The notes: generated by a model from the sequence alone, not told the origin. Shown: positions 19,749 through 29,731, counted from the first letter of the stretch. The stretch: DNA of 64,000 nt from Smithellaceae bacterium (GCA_963667845.2 CAXXVL010000002.1:1920001-1984000), one strand, 5' to 3'. A program made the numbers and translations.

Positions 19749-21100
19749 AGATTTTGATTGTTGATGATGAAGACGTATCTCTGTCTTCGGTGAAGAGGAT
19801 TCTGAAATGGCATGGTGTGCGGAACGTCGAAATTTGTGACAACGGCAAGGAGGCGATCAAAAGGATCCGTCGGGAGAACTTTGATATCGTCCTCCTTGAT
19901 TTGCTTATGCCCGAAGTCGATGGGATGCAGGTGCTGGAATCGACGAAACCTTTCTGTCCGCAGACGGAGTTTATTATCCTCACTGCCGTGGATGATATTC
20001 CGACAACGGTGAAGGCGATGCGCCAGGGTGCTTACGACTATCTGGTGAAGCCAGTGGACAATGAACTGCTCTTTCTCTCCATCGAAAGGGCCTACGAAAG
20101 AAAAGGACTGCTGGCCGGTCTGTCCATTAACGCCAGTTGCGAGGCGGCCGACATTCCGCCGTCGTTTGCCGACACGGTCACGCAGAGCACCCAGATGAAA
20201 GCGTTGATTTCCTATGCCCAGGTGATGGCCAGAAGCGGCAATCCGATTTTGATTACGGGCGAATCCGGAACCGGCAAGGAATTGATGGCGCGGGGCATTC
20301 ACCGGGCGGGTCCCGCCCCGGCCGGGCCTTTCGTGGCGGTCAATGTGTCCGCCATCCCGGCGACGATGTTTGAAAGTCAGTTCTTCGGCCACACCAAAGG
20401 TGCATTTACCGGTGCCGACGGGAATCATGCGGGTTTCTTTGAGCAGGCGGACGGCGGGACGCTGTTTCTCGACGAAATCGGTGAACTGCCGCTTAGCCTG
20501 CAATCGAAACTGCTGCGCGTTCTGGAGGATAAAACCTTTACGCCGCTCGGGGCAAGCCGTCCCCTGCGCGTCGATGTCCGGCTGGTTTCGGCCACCAACA
20601 CGGAACTGGACCGTGCCTGTCAGGAAGGCAAATTCCGCATCGATTTACTGTTCCGCCTGAAATCGGCCTATATCTGTCTGCCGCCGCTTCGAGAGAGGCG
20701 AAACGACATTTCCCTTCTGGCCGCCCATTTTCTGCAAAAGGCCAATCAGCGCCATGGGAAAAATCTTTCCGGGTTCAGTTATGAAGCAATGAATCTGCTA
20801 ATGCAAAAAGATTATCCCGGAAATATCCGTGAACTCTCGCAGATCGTCGAAAATGCCGTATTGCTCGCGGACGGGCCGATCATCGGGCCGGCGAATCTGG
20901 GGGCACAATCGCCTGTGGATCTGCCGCCGTCTCTGTCTTGCCGGCGTCTTTGCACGCTCAAAGAGAACGACGCCGCACACGTGATGTTTGTCCTGGATTC
21001 TACCGGCGGCAACCGCCGCGAAGCCGCCCGCATTCTGGGCGTGACACTCCGCCAGCTGCAAAGAAAATTAGCCGATTTGAAAAAAGACCTGAAGATCTGA
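19745..21100 (+). CDS. Sigma-54-dependent (NtrC/AtoC-family) response regulator
   Basis: Receiver domain (ILIVDDE, LLDLLMP), [23 protein letters not shown]-terminal Fis-type HTH. Confidence 0.95.
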   Translation: MKILIVDDEDVSLSSVKRILKWHGVRNVEICDNGKEAIKRIRRENFDIVLLDLLMPEVDGMQVLESTKPFCPQTEFIILTAVDDIPTTVKAMRQGAYDYLVKPVDNELLFLSIERAYERKGLLAGLSINASCEAADIPPSFADTVTQSTQMKALISYAQVMARSGNPILITGESGTGKELMARGIHRAGPAPAGPFVAVNVSAIPATMFESQFFGHTKGAFTGADGNHAGFFEQADGGTLFLDEIGELPLSLQSKLLRVLEDKTFTPLGASRPLRVDVRLVSATNTELDRACQEGKFRIDLLFRLKSAYICLPPLRERRNDISLLAAHFLQKANQRHGKNLSGFSYEAMNLLMQKDYPGNIRELSQIVENAVLLADGPIIGPANLGAQSPVDLPPSLSCRRLCTLKENDAAHVMFVLDSTGGNRREAARILGVTLRQLQRKLADLKKDLKI

Positions 21101-21152
21101 AAAGCGGAATGAACCCATGACACCGAAAACGGGATATTGGCCCCGGGCGGAA

Positions 21153-21210
21153 ATTAACCACGTCGCAGCACGCGACGGAGAATTAACGCTCGTCCCGCGT
21201 GAGCGGGATT
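21153..21210 (-). repeat. 58-bp dispersed two-hairpin repeat, copy B (inverted relative to A)
   Basis: Reverse complement matches copy A at 50 of 58 positions by manual alignment. Confidence 0.85.
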
Positions 21211-21286
21211 AAACGAAGAGGAATGGGGCTGAAGGGCAGACAAAGGCGGCACTCCGCTGCCAGAACGGAACGCCGCCTTCGATTTT

Positions 21287-21589
21287 CTAAAGAACGTGGC
21301 AGGAACCACATTCGAGCTTGGTCTTTCCACCCTGATGTATTTTGTGGATTTCTGTTGAAAATTTTGTCGCCTCCGTTTTTGCCGCATCCGACTTATGGCA
21401 TGAGAGGCAGGGCGCCGTCTTATCCACATCGGGGTGCTTTTTGGGCAGAATCGCGCCGAAATCCTTATGGCAGGCACCGCAGGCATTGTCCTTCAGCGGC
21501 ATCCCAGCGGCCAGAACACCTGTGCTGCACACCGTAACGATCAATAAAATTCCGCAGAAATAAGTGACGAGTTTCTTCCCTATCTGCAT
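21287..21589 (-). CDS. Small periplasmic triheme c-type cytochrome
   Basis: Signal peptide and three CxxCH motifs (CGACH, CLSCH, CGSCH); RBS AAGGAGG before ATG 21589. Confidence 0.85.
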   Translation of the reverse strand: MQIGKKLVTYFCGILLIVTVCSTGVLAAGMPLKDNACGACHKDFGAILPKKHPDVDKTAPCLSCHKSDAAKTEATKFSTEIHKIHQGGKTKLECGSCHVL

Positions 21590-21794
21590 AACCAAATCCT
21601 CCTTAATGGTATTATACTTTCGAGCATCAAAACGGCTCAGGCCGACTTTTACAGCTTACGGGTGATTCCGGAAAAGTCGTAAACAGCCGGTGACGATCAT
21701 CAGCGCATAATGCTATATTACAGAATCTTATTCATCGGTCAAGCCTTCCCGTTCTGTCAAAACTCCGTCATACGCAATGACCGACGCAGCCGGT

Positions 21795-22220
21795 TCAGGA
21801 TTCCAGAACGGCGTCCATCGTAATGGCGGCATTGAGCACCTTGGATACGGGACATCCTTCCTTGGCGGTTTTGGCCGCCAGGCTAAAGGCGTCAGGGGAT
21901 GCCCCCGGGATTTTTGCCCGAACGTCCAGGTGAACAGCCGTGATGGAAAATCCCTCTCCTTGTTTTTCGATCATGACCGTTGCCGTTGTTTTAATGGTTT
22001 CCGCCGTGAGTCCCGCGCCGCCCAGTATTCCGGAGAGTGCCATGGAAAAGCAGCCGGCATGCGCTGCGGCAATCAATTCTTCAGGATTCGTGCCGGCGCC
22101 ATTTCCAAACCGGGTGGCGAACGAATACTGCGTATCTTTTAACACGCCGCTGTCCGTCGTCAATGTGCCGTGGCCTTCTCTGATTGGACCTGTCCATACC
22201 GCAAACGCCTTACGTTTCAT
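21795..22220 (-). CDS. osmC: OsmC family peroxiredoxin
   Basis: GTNPEELIAAAHAGCFSMAL and AKEGCPVSKVL motifs; start set at ATG 22220. Confidence 0.93.
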   Translation of the reverse strand: MKRKAFAVWTGPIREGHGTLTTDSGVLKDTQYSFATRFGNGAGTNPEELIAAAHAGCFSMALSGILGGAGLTAETIKTTATVMIEKQGEGFSITAVHLDVRAKIPGASPDAFSLAAKTAKEGCPVSKVLNAAITMDAVLES

Positions 22221-22597
22221 GCCTTGATCTCCTTTCAGATATCCTTTAACGTCCTTTGTCTTGAGGGTTCCCATCTCTTTTAGCCCGTTCCTTGACGAAT
22301 CCTCCGGAAGGGGAACCCTAATGCGCCCGATTTGAATCGGTTTCCAAGTTGATGTCTGACTTGCCGGATACCGCCTTCATTTCACAAGGTCCGCCGGCCT
22401 CCGAATAATAGCTACTACTCTAGGTTATTTCTCTTTTAAGTATTGTCAACTTCAATTGATCTTTAAAGAGCGCAATCCCCACGCGAAATGTGCCCCTGAT
22501 GAATTGCGCTTGATTAATTAAAAACAGTTATTATGTTGAGACAATGATTCATTAAAATGGCGGAAGTATACCCGCGCATGCCGGATCATTAGATTTT

Positions 22598-22654
22598 GAT
22601 CCCGCTTAAGCGGACGAGCGTTAGTTCTCCGCAGCTTGCTGCGAGGCGGTTGAT
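22598..22654 (+). repeat. Dispersed two-hairpin repeat, copy C
   Basis: GATCCCGCTTAAGCGGACGAGCGTTAGTTCTCCGCAGCTTGCTGCGAGGCGGTTGAT. Confidence 0.85.
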
Positions 22655-22674
22655 TTTATTGGAATGGGAGGTTT

Positions 22675-23289
22675 ATGCAACACACAGGATTTTTTAAACA
22701 GGAGGCTTCCGCTGTTGGATTCGCGGGGTCTTTGTTCACAATAGCGCAAGGAAACGATAGGCGGGAGAATCGGCCAAAGATGATACGCTGGGGGGTGTGC
22801 CTCCTGATATCTCTTATGATATTGGTCTATGTGGCCTCGGCCGGCTGCGCTTTAGCATCGGCGGGCGATGCCAAAGCGGATGACGTTTACGCTGCGGATT
22901 TCACCCTGAAAGATTTAAACGGCAAAGATGTCAAGTTAAGCGACTACAAGGGGCGGCCCATCTTCTTGATTTTTATGACCACCTGGTGCCGGGACTGTCT
23001 TGCGTCTATCCCCACTTTAAAAGCGATCTATAACCGGTATCATGAAAAAGGTTTGGTCATGTTGAGCATCGATATCGAGGAGACGCACGCCAAAGTTGCG
23101 GCCTACTCTAAAAAACACGGTCTTCCTTATCCGATACTTCTGGACCCGGAGGGATCCCTTTCCAGAAAATACGGCGTCGGCGGCGTGCCGGTGAAGGCCT
23201 TAATCGATCGCAATGGCCGCATCATCTGTTGGAACTGCCGGTCTCTGGAGGAACAGCTGGAAAAGCAATTTGAACCAGCCGGCAAGTAG
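22675..23289 (+). CDS. TlpA/ResA-like membrane-anchored thiol-disulfide oxidoreductase
   Basis: DFTLKDLNG, WCRDC CxxC motif, GVPVKALIDRNG; start may lie further downstream. Confidence 0.85.
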   Translation: MQHTGFFKQEASAVGFAGSLFTIAQGNDRRENRPKMIRWGVCLLISLMILVYVASAGCALASAGDAKADDVYAADFTLKDLNGKDVKLSDYKGRPIFLIFMTTWCRDCLASIPTLKAIYNRYHEKGLVMLSIDIEETHAKVAAYSKKHGLPYPILLDPEGSLSRKYGVGGVPVKALIDRNGRIICWNCRSLEEQLEKQFEPAGK

Positions 23290-23371
23290 ATTGATGTTTC
23301 TCCCCGGGGCGTCGGAAAAATGGCTTTCACATGATCGTCCCGGGAAATTTCGCAGCCGATAATTGAAGCCG

Positions 23372-23884
23372 TTACTGCTTCGGTTCCATCGGATATTGTG
23401 CATCCTTCCAGGCATGCCAGCCGCCCTTCAAAGCGCTCACTTTTTTGAAGCCCAGATCCAACAGTAATCGTGCCGCACGGGCACTTGTCGCTTCATCGTG
23501 TCAGGAGCAGTATGCGACGATTTCCGCTGCAGCCGGCAGCTCCGTGTACCGGCTTTTCAATTCATCTAACGGAATGCGGATGGCGCCGCGTATCTTGTAG
23601 GGGCTTGTGGAATAATCTTCCGCGGTACGAACGTCCAGGATAACGATCCGGTCGCCGCTGTCCATTTTTTCCTTCAATTCCTGGATGGTCATCCGGGGCA
23701 TGCTGTCCGCTGCCGGGGTTGCCCGGGCTTCTGCCGGCAGAAAACTCGCGATGAGTCCGGCTGCAACTATCACAAGGAAAGATACGTTTGTCCATGATCT
23801 AAACGATATTTTAACCGCTGCAATCTTCTGGAACACTTCCCATGCCGGGCGAAAAGAACTTCTTATCATCGCTTTGTCTTTCAT
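23372..23884 (-). CDS. Exported rhodanese-domain protein, probable selenoprotein (C-S-U)
   Basis: In-frame TGA at 23503-23501 after YCS; the frame continues HDEATSARAARLLLDLGFKKVSALKGGWHAW to TAA at 23372, completing the rhodanese fold. Confidence 0.85.
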
Positions 23885-23979
23885 TTTGAAAATCCGCCAG
23901 TCCGCTGTTAAAATTTATGATCCTGCACTATTCGCTCAATAATTAGGTGGGTTAGGTTTTATTATTCTCCAGGTTAGTC

Positions 23980-24432
23980 TTATCTTTCCTTGTAGGGAAA
24001 GCAGCACTGCCATACAGCCAGACCGTCCTCTTCGTTACGGAGTTTCATGGTCCATTCGCCCTTGCTGATTTCAGAAGCGATGATGGCGCCGCCGACTTTT
24101 TTGCCGCGAACCTCAACCTTGTCGCCCTTGGCAAATTTGATCTTCTGATTATCGATCAACCATTTCGGTCCCATATAAACGGTCCATTTTCCACCTTCAT
24201 CCGCGATAAACCGCATCTGCAGACCATCTTTCGACCCATACATTTTCTCGATTTTCTGCACGGTGCCTTTCATGGTGACCATGGCTTCATCACCGGTGAA
24301 AGTTCCGCCTTCACCGATATTGACCGGTACGCCGTAGCTCCACTCGGCTTTGCCGGCAAATGCAACACATGTCATCATCAAAACCGTAGCAATAACTGTT
24401 AACACGAATGCAGCCCACAATGATTTCCTCAT
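23980..24432 (-). CDS. Exported OB-fold-like protein, paralog 1 (C-terminal CCFPY)
   Basis: Signal peptide; VYMGPKW..GDKVEVRG..LRNEEDG..W; RBS AAGGAG before ATG 24432; highly similar to the adjacent gene. Confidence 0.8.
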   Translation of the reverse strand: MRKSLWAAFVLTVIATVLMMTCVAFAGKAEWSYGVPVNIGEGGTFTGDEAMVTMKGTVQKIEKMYGSKDGLQMRFIADEGGKWTVYMGPKWLIDNQKIKFAKGDKVEVRGKKVGGAIIASEISKGEWTMKLRNEEDGLAVWQCCFPYKER

Positions 24433-24551
24433 ATTTCGCTCCTTTGCTTTCATTTATTAACTAGCCCACCTAATTTTGAGCTAAAAAACTATCCGGAAAA
24501 ACTTCGTTCACGCGCGTTGTTTCGATCGGCGCCTTTCTCTTTAAATAATTC

Positions 24552-25007
24552 TTACATTCGATCCTTGTAAGGGAAGCAGCACTGCCATACAGCCTGGCCG
24601 TCCTCTTCGCTGCGGATTCTCATGGTCCAGCCGCCCTTGCTGACTTCGGAAGCAATAATGGCCGCGCCGTATTTCTTTCCGCGAACTTCAACCTTGTCGC
24701 CCTTGGCTAATTTGATCTTCTGGTTCTCAATCAACCATTTAGGTCCCAAATAAACGGTCCATTTCCCACCTTCCTCTGCAACAAACTGCATCTGCAGACT
24801 GTTTTTATCGCCATACATTCTTTCAATTTTCTGCACGGTGCCTTTCATGGTGACCATGACTTCATCGCCGGTAAAATCCGAACCTTCACCGATATTGATC
24901 GGTGTGCCATAACTCCACTCGGCCTTGCCGGCAAATGCCGCACAGGCCATCATCAAAATAACTGCAAAAACTGTTAATACAAATAAAGCCTGCAATGATT
25001 TTTTCAT
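24552..25007 (-). CDS. Exported OB-fold-like protein, paralog 2
   Basis: Tandem duplicate of 23980-24432, including the upstream leader. Confidence 0.8.
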   Translation of the reverse strand: MKKSLQALFVLTVFAVILMMACAAFAGKAEWSYGTPINIGEGSDFTGDEVMVTMKGTVQKIERMYGDKNSLQMQFVAEEGGKWTVYLGPKWLIENQKIKLAKGDKVEVRGKKYGAAIIASEVSKGGWTMRIRSEEDGQAVWQCCFPYKDRM

Positions 25008-25288
25008 ATTTCGCTCCTCTGTTTCAATCTATTAACTAACCCATCTGATTTTGAGCTGCCGGTGAATCAATTACGGATAGGTCGTTCGCCTGTTCCCGAC
25101 GCACTCTGATTAAAAACCCTTTGTTCTCGAGACTTTCGTCCACCTGCCGCCTTCCATTCCTCTTTCCGATTCATCAAAAACCATGATTTTATTCTCTTAG
25201 GCAGTAGCGCGAACCCATGAGCCCTTTCGTCTCGGCTTTATGCTACCTTGCCGATTTTGTTATGAAGGTAAGCTACATAAGAGTAAAT

Positions 25289-25331
25289 GGCAACGGCAGT
25301 TATATGTCAGTTTATTGGTAGGTAAATTCTA
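25289..25331 (-). promoter_or_regulatory. Copy of the recurring TAG-ATTTA-CTACCA..CTGACA..TTGCC promoter element
   Basis: Reverse complement TAGAATTTACCTACCAATAAACTGACA matches 29344-29370 at 23/27, with TTGCC at the same spacing. Confidence 0.55.
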
Positions 25332-25431
25332 TAGATCAAATTCAGGTTATTCAGATCCTTTTGTTTCCCGGAAACATGTCTGCCTGGCCGGAATCAGCAG
25401 ATTGCGCCGACTCCGGCTATTTTGGAGGGAA

Positions 25432-26172
25432 TTAATCGACCAGGCTTTGGTCGCTCACAGCAGACTCGTTTTTCAAAGCATTCGCCTCGCTGTCGATGCC
25501 CAGCAGTTCGATTTCGAAAATGAGTGTACTCTGGGGCGGGACCCGGCTGGACTGACGCCTCCCGTAAGCCAGGTCCGGCGACACGAAGATCTGCCACTTC
25601 GCTCCGGTCTTCATGGAGAGGAGCGCTTCCTGCCATCCTCGCATCAGGCTGCTTAAAGGAAGGGAGGCGGGGTTCCCCCGGGTGTAGGAATTGTCGAATT
25701 CCTTACCGTTGATAAGTGTCCCGCGATAGTGGACCGTAACAAAATCGGACGGCTTCGGTACGGTGCCCGAACCCTCGACCAGTACTTTGTATTGAAGGCC
25801 GCTTTTCATCTCCCGGACACCCTCCTGCCTCTTATTTTGTTCGAGGAAAGCTTTCCCCTCCTTCAGGTTCGTATCAGCGTACCGGCGGGCAAGCTGATCC
25901 TGCCGCACCATGAGCTTTTTGCGCATCTCCATCAAGTTTTGTCTGATATCTTCGGGACCGATGACCGGCTGCCTGTTTTCCAGCGCGTCTTGTATGGCCG
26001 CCATGAGGGTGGGTAAGTCAATGTCCACTCCCTGCCGTTTTATGTTCGATCCGAAATCATACCCGAGACTATAACTGTCCTTTGTCTTTTGATCCGCGAA
26101 CGGCTGGGCTCCAATCCGACAAAGCGGGATGAAAAGAAATAAGCTCACCACGATGACAGAAAATCGTTTCAT
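25432..26172 (-). CDS. FKBP-type peptidyl-prolyl isomerase (Mip/FkpA-like)
   Basis: SYSLG N-domain, SGLQYKVL..G.G, VHYRGTLING.EFD, LAYG, TLIFEIEL. Confidence 0.93.
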   Translation of the reverse strand: MKRFSVIVVSLFLFIPLCRIGAQPFADQKTKDSYSLGYDFGSNIKRQGVDIDLPTLMAAIQDALENRQPVIGPEDIRQNLMEMRKKLMVRQDQLARRYADTNLKEGKAFLEQNKRQEGVREMKSGLQYKVLVEGSGTVPKPSDFVTVHYRGTLINGKEFDNSYTRGNPASLPLSSLMRGWQEALLSMKTGAKWQIFVSPDLAYGRRQSSRVPPQSTLIFEIELLGIDSEANALKNESAVSDQSLVD

Positions 26173-26209
26173 GGATACCCCTCATGTTGTGTTAAATCGG
26201 CCTAATTGC

Positions 26210-26644
26210 CTATTGAATACATTTCCCGATTGATTTGGGCTGGCACATTTTTCCATTGACCCACTTGGCCTCTGAAAAATCGGTCTTTGTCATATAAGCT
26301 CCGGCAAGATTTGCACCTGTCAAATTTGCCCCGGTGAGATCCGCACCGGAGAGCACGGCATCGGTAAACCTCGCGCCGGAAAGATCCGCGTTGGACAGAT
26401 TGACGTTCTTCAGATTGGCGCCGGACAGGTCGGCACGGCTGAGATTGGCGCCCGAAAGATTTTTGCCGGATAGATTGGCGTGGCGCAGGTTGCAGCCTTC
26501 GCAGGATTTCGATGCTTTGATCTTTTCCACGTCGGTTTTATCAAAAGCCATCGCGGGACTAACGCCCGCCGTCAGGAGTGCGACGGTGAGAGCAAGAACC
26601 ATGACAGTTCTCCGAATCAGGCGTTCAACTGTTTTCATCCGCAT
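26210..26644 (-). CDS. Exported pentapeptide-repeat protein
   Basis: Signal peptide, CxxC, tandem A(N/D)L(S/T)G repeats. Confidence 0.9.
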   Translation of the reverse strand: MRMKTVERLIRRTVMVLALTVALLTAGVSPAMAFDKTDVEKIKASKSCEGCNLRHANLSGKNLSGANLSRADLSGANLKNVNLSNADLSGARFTDAVLSGADLTGANLTGANLAGAYMTKTDFSEAKWVNGKMCQPKSIGKCIQ

Positions 26645-26732
26645 TTGCTCCGTTCTCCTTCTCTAGGAAAAATTTTGAAAAACAGAGGCGGGAAAATCCT
26701 TCGCGGTTCTCCCGCCCCTGCCTGCGTGATAT

Positions 26733-29054
26733 CTACCGGGTGACTTTGTAAGGCCGCATCATTTCATTGTCCTCGTGGTCAAGGATATGGCAGTGCCAGA
26801 CATATCCGGGTCCGCTGGCGGGATTGAATGTGTAAAAGTTCGACCCCGGTCTTGCCAGAAACTTGGGAATGCTGGTCGGTGTCCAGCGCGCCAGAAGCCG
26901 GGTCACCTTTCCGGGGAAGGCCTTGCCCGTATCCTTCCAACCCGCTTCCTCCGGAGCCGGAGGTGTGCGGTCTCCCAAAAGGTAGGGACTGATTGCCGGG
27001 TTTCCTCCGAGCGCCCCGTCCGTATTGGGCACATTGTAGGGACGAGGAGGGCCGTAAGCGGGGCAGGCGACGCCACCGGTGCATGCCGGATTAAAAGCTG
27101 TGGCGGCCGGGAATGCCGCCCCCCACGCATCATAGTACCCGCCGGTGAGAGTTGCTACATCACCGGCAAAAGTCTCTCTGTTCAGGATCTGGAACTGTAC
27201 GAGATGCGTGTGCATCGGATGAGCGTCCGCCGTCAGATTGATGATTTCCCAGAGCTCGGTAGATCCCACCCGCGGCAGTTCACTGACTCCGTCTGCGGGA
27301 AAATCTGCGGCAATGGTCGGAGACGATAGGCCATTCCAATGCGTGTTATTGACCAGCACCTCTACCGGACCGCCCGGACCTTCGTGCTCTTTGAGGACGA
27401 GCTGTCTCACTTTGCTGATCGTCACTCCGGACGAGAGGTGTCCCTGGCCGTCGGCGAGGCGCACGATCGGCAGCGGTCTCCTGCATCCGCCGGCCGCCGG
27501 GTTGCAGCTCGCATCGCTTCCTCTGAGCGGAATAATCTCGAATTGCATGATCTTGTTCACATTCAACTGTCCGGCATCAACGCCCGGAATGAGACCGCCG
27601 GGATACGGCCCCGGAGCGTTGTTGATGAGCGTGATTTTCTGTCCCGCCCGCAATCCGGAAAAATCCACGATGACGTAGTTGCGCTCGCCGGGAGCGATGA
27701 AAACTTCCGCGGGCAGCACGGTTCCATCCGGCCAGGTTTCGCCGGATGTGACGATCGTTTTCCCCGTGACATTTACGGGGGCATCCAGGTAGTTATCATC
27801 CTGGCCGACGATATAGACACGGGGAGCCGGTTCACCGGGTGCGCCGAAACTCATCCGGTACATGCGGGCATTGGAGCCGTCGAGCAAACGAAACAGATAG
27901 CGTCTGGGTTCGACCTGAAGTTTCGGCCAGGGCGCGCCGTTGACGATCACCACATCGCCGAAAAATTCCGGATTCCAGAAGGGATGAATGTTCGGATTCG
28001 GCGGAGGTCCGTTCAGGCAGGGGTCGTTGACCGTGCCGTCTCCGCAGAGCGCAGCCGGATTGGCCGGGTTTCCGTTCGGGCTTCCGTCCGGGAAGAAAAG
28101 CTGCCCGTTAGTGTCAAACTGCCGATCCTGAATGACCATTTCTATTTCATAGGCGCCGGCAGGCAGGTTCCGGGGTTCAAGAAGCGGTTCCCGGATGAAG
28201 TAAAAAGCCGCCAATCCGCTGTAAACGTTGGTGCGGGTAATGCCCAGCGCGTGGTCGTGAAACCAGAGGGTTCCCGGCTCCTGCAGATTCGGATAGATGT
28301 AGGTCGCTTCGCCGGGGGCAGGCGCGCCGTAGGTAAAGAAATCCTTTCCTTTTTGGCCGGTGGGGGTAAACCACTGCTCCGGTCCGCCGTCAACACCCGA
28401 AAAATTTTCCGCGCCATGCAGATGAGCGACGGCGGGAACGGGTCCGGCAAAGGGCTGACAGCACGGATTGCCGGAATTGGCCGGGAGGGTGCAATCAACG
28501 GCCATTCCGCCTGCAACGCACTGCATCGGCCCCGTGTTGCCGAGGGGATCCGCCCAGTGAATCGACTGGTCCGCGGTAATGAGGCCCTGGACCAGCCCGT
28601 CCTGGAAGGGCGGACCTTGAATGTTCGCCGGGTTGAAGCTGGGCAGATGGTTCACAAATTTGACGCGGGTCTGGACGAATCTGCGGGCTTCGAGGGTAAC
28701 CGCGGGCCAAAAAGCGGGACCCAATACTCTGCCGGTGAATGAGTTCGTTGTCTCGTATGCCCAGACGCGGGTTTTGGGATAACCGGGAAGCACCGGCTGT
28801 TCGATTTCCTTCATCGTCACGGTTAGAAAAGGATTCGCCGCAGCGTTAACTCTGGGGAGCGTCGCGTTGTAGCCGGGACCGAAAACGGGGAGCGGTTGTG
28901 TAAAAGCAATCGTGCCAAAGATGCCGTCTCCGGGCAGCCAGATCTGCGGTACCCGGTCGCTTCCCCAGACGGGGCCCGCAGCCAGACTTCCGCAGAGAAA
29001 TACGGCAAGCAAGAAAGACTGGGCAAAATGTTTTGTCAATATTTGCGTGTTCAT
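26733..29054 (-). CDS. Multicopper oxidase (CotA/bilirubin oxidase-like)
   Basis: Four Cu motifs: HLHG, WFHDH, HPMHTH, WHCHILDHEDNEMM; N-terminal signal. Confidence 0.93.
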   Translation of the reverse strand: MNTQILTKHFAQSFLLAVFLCGSLAAGPVWGSDRVPQIWLPGDGIFGTIAFTQPLPVFGPGYNATLPRVNAAANPFLTVTMKEIEQPVLPGYPKTRVWAYETTNSFTGRVLGPAFWPAVTLEARRFVQTRVKFVNHLPSFNPANIQGPPFQDGLVQGLITADQSIHWADPLGNTGPMQCVAGGMAVDCTLPANSGNPCCQPFAGPVPAVAHLHGAENFSGVDGGPEQWFTPTGQKGKDFFTYGAPAPGEATYIYPNLQEPGTLWFHDHALGITRTNVYSGLAAFYFIREPLLEPRNLPAGAYEIEMVIQDRQFDTNGQLFFPDGSPNGNPANPAALCGDGTVNDPCLNGPPPNPNIHPFWNPEFFGDVVIVNGAPWPKLQVEPRRYLFRLLDGSNARMYRMSFGAPGEPAPRVYIVGQDDNYLDAPVNVTGKTIVTSGETWPDGTVLPAEVFIAPGERNYVIVDFSGLRAGQKITLINNAPGPYPGGLIPGVDAGQLNVNKIMQFEIIPLRGSDASCNPAAGGCRRPLPIVRLADGQGHLSSGVTISKVRQLVLKEHEGPGGPVEVLVNNTHWNGLSSPTIAADFPADGVSELPRVGSTELWEIINLTADAHPMHTHLVQFQILNRETFAGDVATLTGGYYDAWGAAFPAATAFNPACTGGVACPAYGPPRPYNVPNTDGALGGNPAISPYLLGDRTPPAPEEAGWKDTGKAFPGKVTRLLARWTPTSIPKFLARPGSNFYTFNPASGPGYVWHCHILDHEDNEMMRPYKVTR

Positions 29055-29341
29055 AACTTCTTCTCCTTTCCGATGTTAAATCAAATAACCTGTTTTTGTG
29101 ATCAAGGGTTTTGTGACCCGCCCTCATCGATTTTGCGGACTTCAAAAAGATTCTTCTTGGGCAGTTTTAAGTTAAGTTGCCGGATCATTGGGTCAATTGA
29201 TAAAAAATTGGTAGAATATTGGCACAGGAGGATAGGTGCTTAAGGCTCGCTCTATCAGGGAATCAACGTTGCTTTATTCAACATGCCCCAGCCGAAAAAT
29301 TCTTTATGCCTATAGGAAGGAAGTTTCTCTTTTTGTGTTTC

Positions 29342-29397
29342 GGTAGGATTTAGCTACCATTAAGCTGACAGTTTATGATGATTGCCTATTGAACTTT
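29342..29397 (+). promoter_or_regulatory. Recurring ~56-bp promoter element containing GGTAG-N7-CTACC
   Basis: Collinear with 35967-36022 (45/56 identical by manual alignment). Confidence 0.6.
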
Positions 29398-29461
29398 CCT
29401 GATTTATCTTCATTTCAAAGCAAATGAAGTATTCCCCGAAATGGAGATCGGCGACGTGGGT

Positions 29462-29731
29462 ATGAAGAAAAGAATAATTTTTCTTTTAATATGGCTTCTT
29501 TTCCTGTCGGTTTTTCTGGGAAGCCACTATCACTTTTGCCACTACCATTCACAAAATTGCTCCGTCTGCTCGCTTAGCCAGCCGATGCTTATTCCCCCTT
29601 CGGCGACCGCTGCCGACAGCATCGAACCACTCCTCGTAACCTCGCTGTTCTTTCCATCCGTGGCCCCTGCCCCGGATCATATTTTATCCATCACGCCCAT
29701 CAAGGGCCGTGCTCCGCCGATCCATTCCTGA
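29462..29731 (+). CDS. DUF2946-like leader protein (TM, His-rich, CxxC, C-terminal RAPP)
   Basis: Hydrophobic N-terminus, HYHFCHYHSQNCSVC, ends GRAPPIHS; lies upstream of a TonB-receptor operon. Confidence 0.75.
   Translation: MKKRIIFLLIWLLFLSVFLGSHYHFCHYHSQNCSVCSLSQPMLIPPSATAADSIEPLLVTSLFFPSVAPAPDHILSITPIKGRAPPIHS

Noticed and set aside
16900..22700. Sigma-54 promoter for the NtrC-type regulator's target
   Set aside because: No correctly spaced TGGCAC-N5-TTGC found by eye in nearby intergenic regions
23501..23503. In-frame TGA (also 46900-46902) read as a pseudogene nonsense mutation
   Set aside because: Both sit in Cys-motif positions with intact downstream domains and 3' hairpins, so Sec is more likely; not proven without sel genes
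23980..25007. Magnetosome island
   Set aside because: Only a remembered domain resemblance; no magnetochrome CxxCH motifs and no other mam genes
27339..28742. 467-aa + strand ORF
   Set aside because: Antisense shadow of the multicopper oxidase
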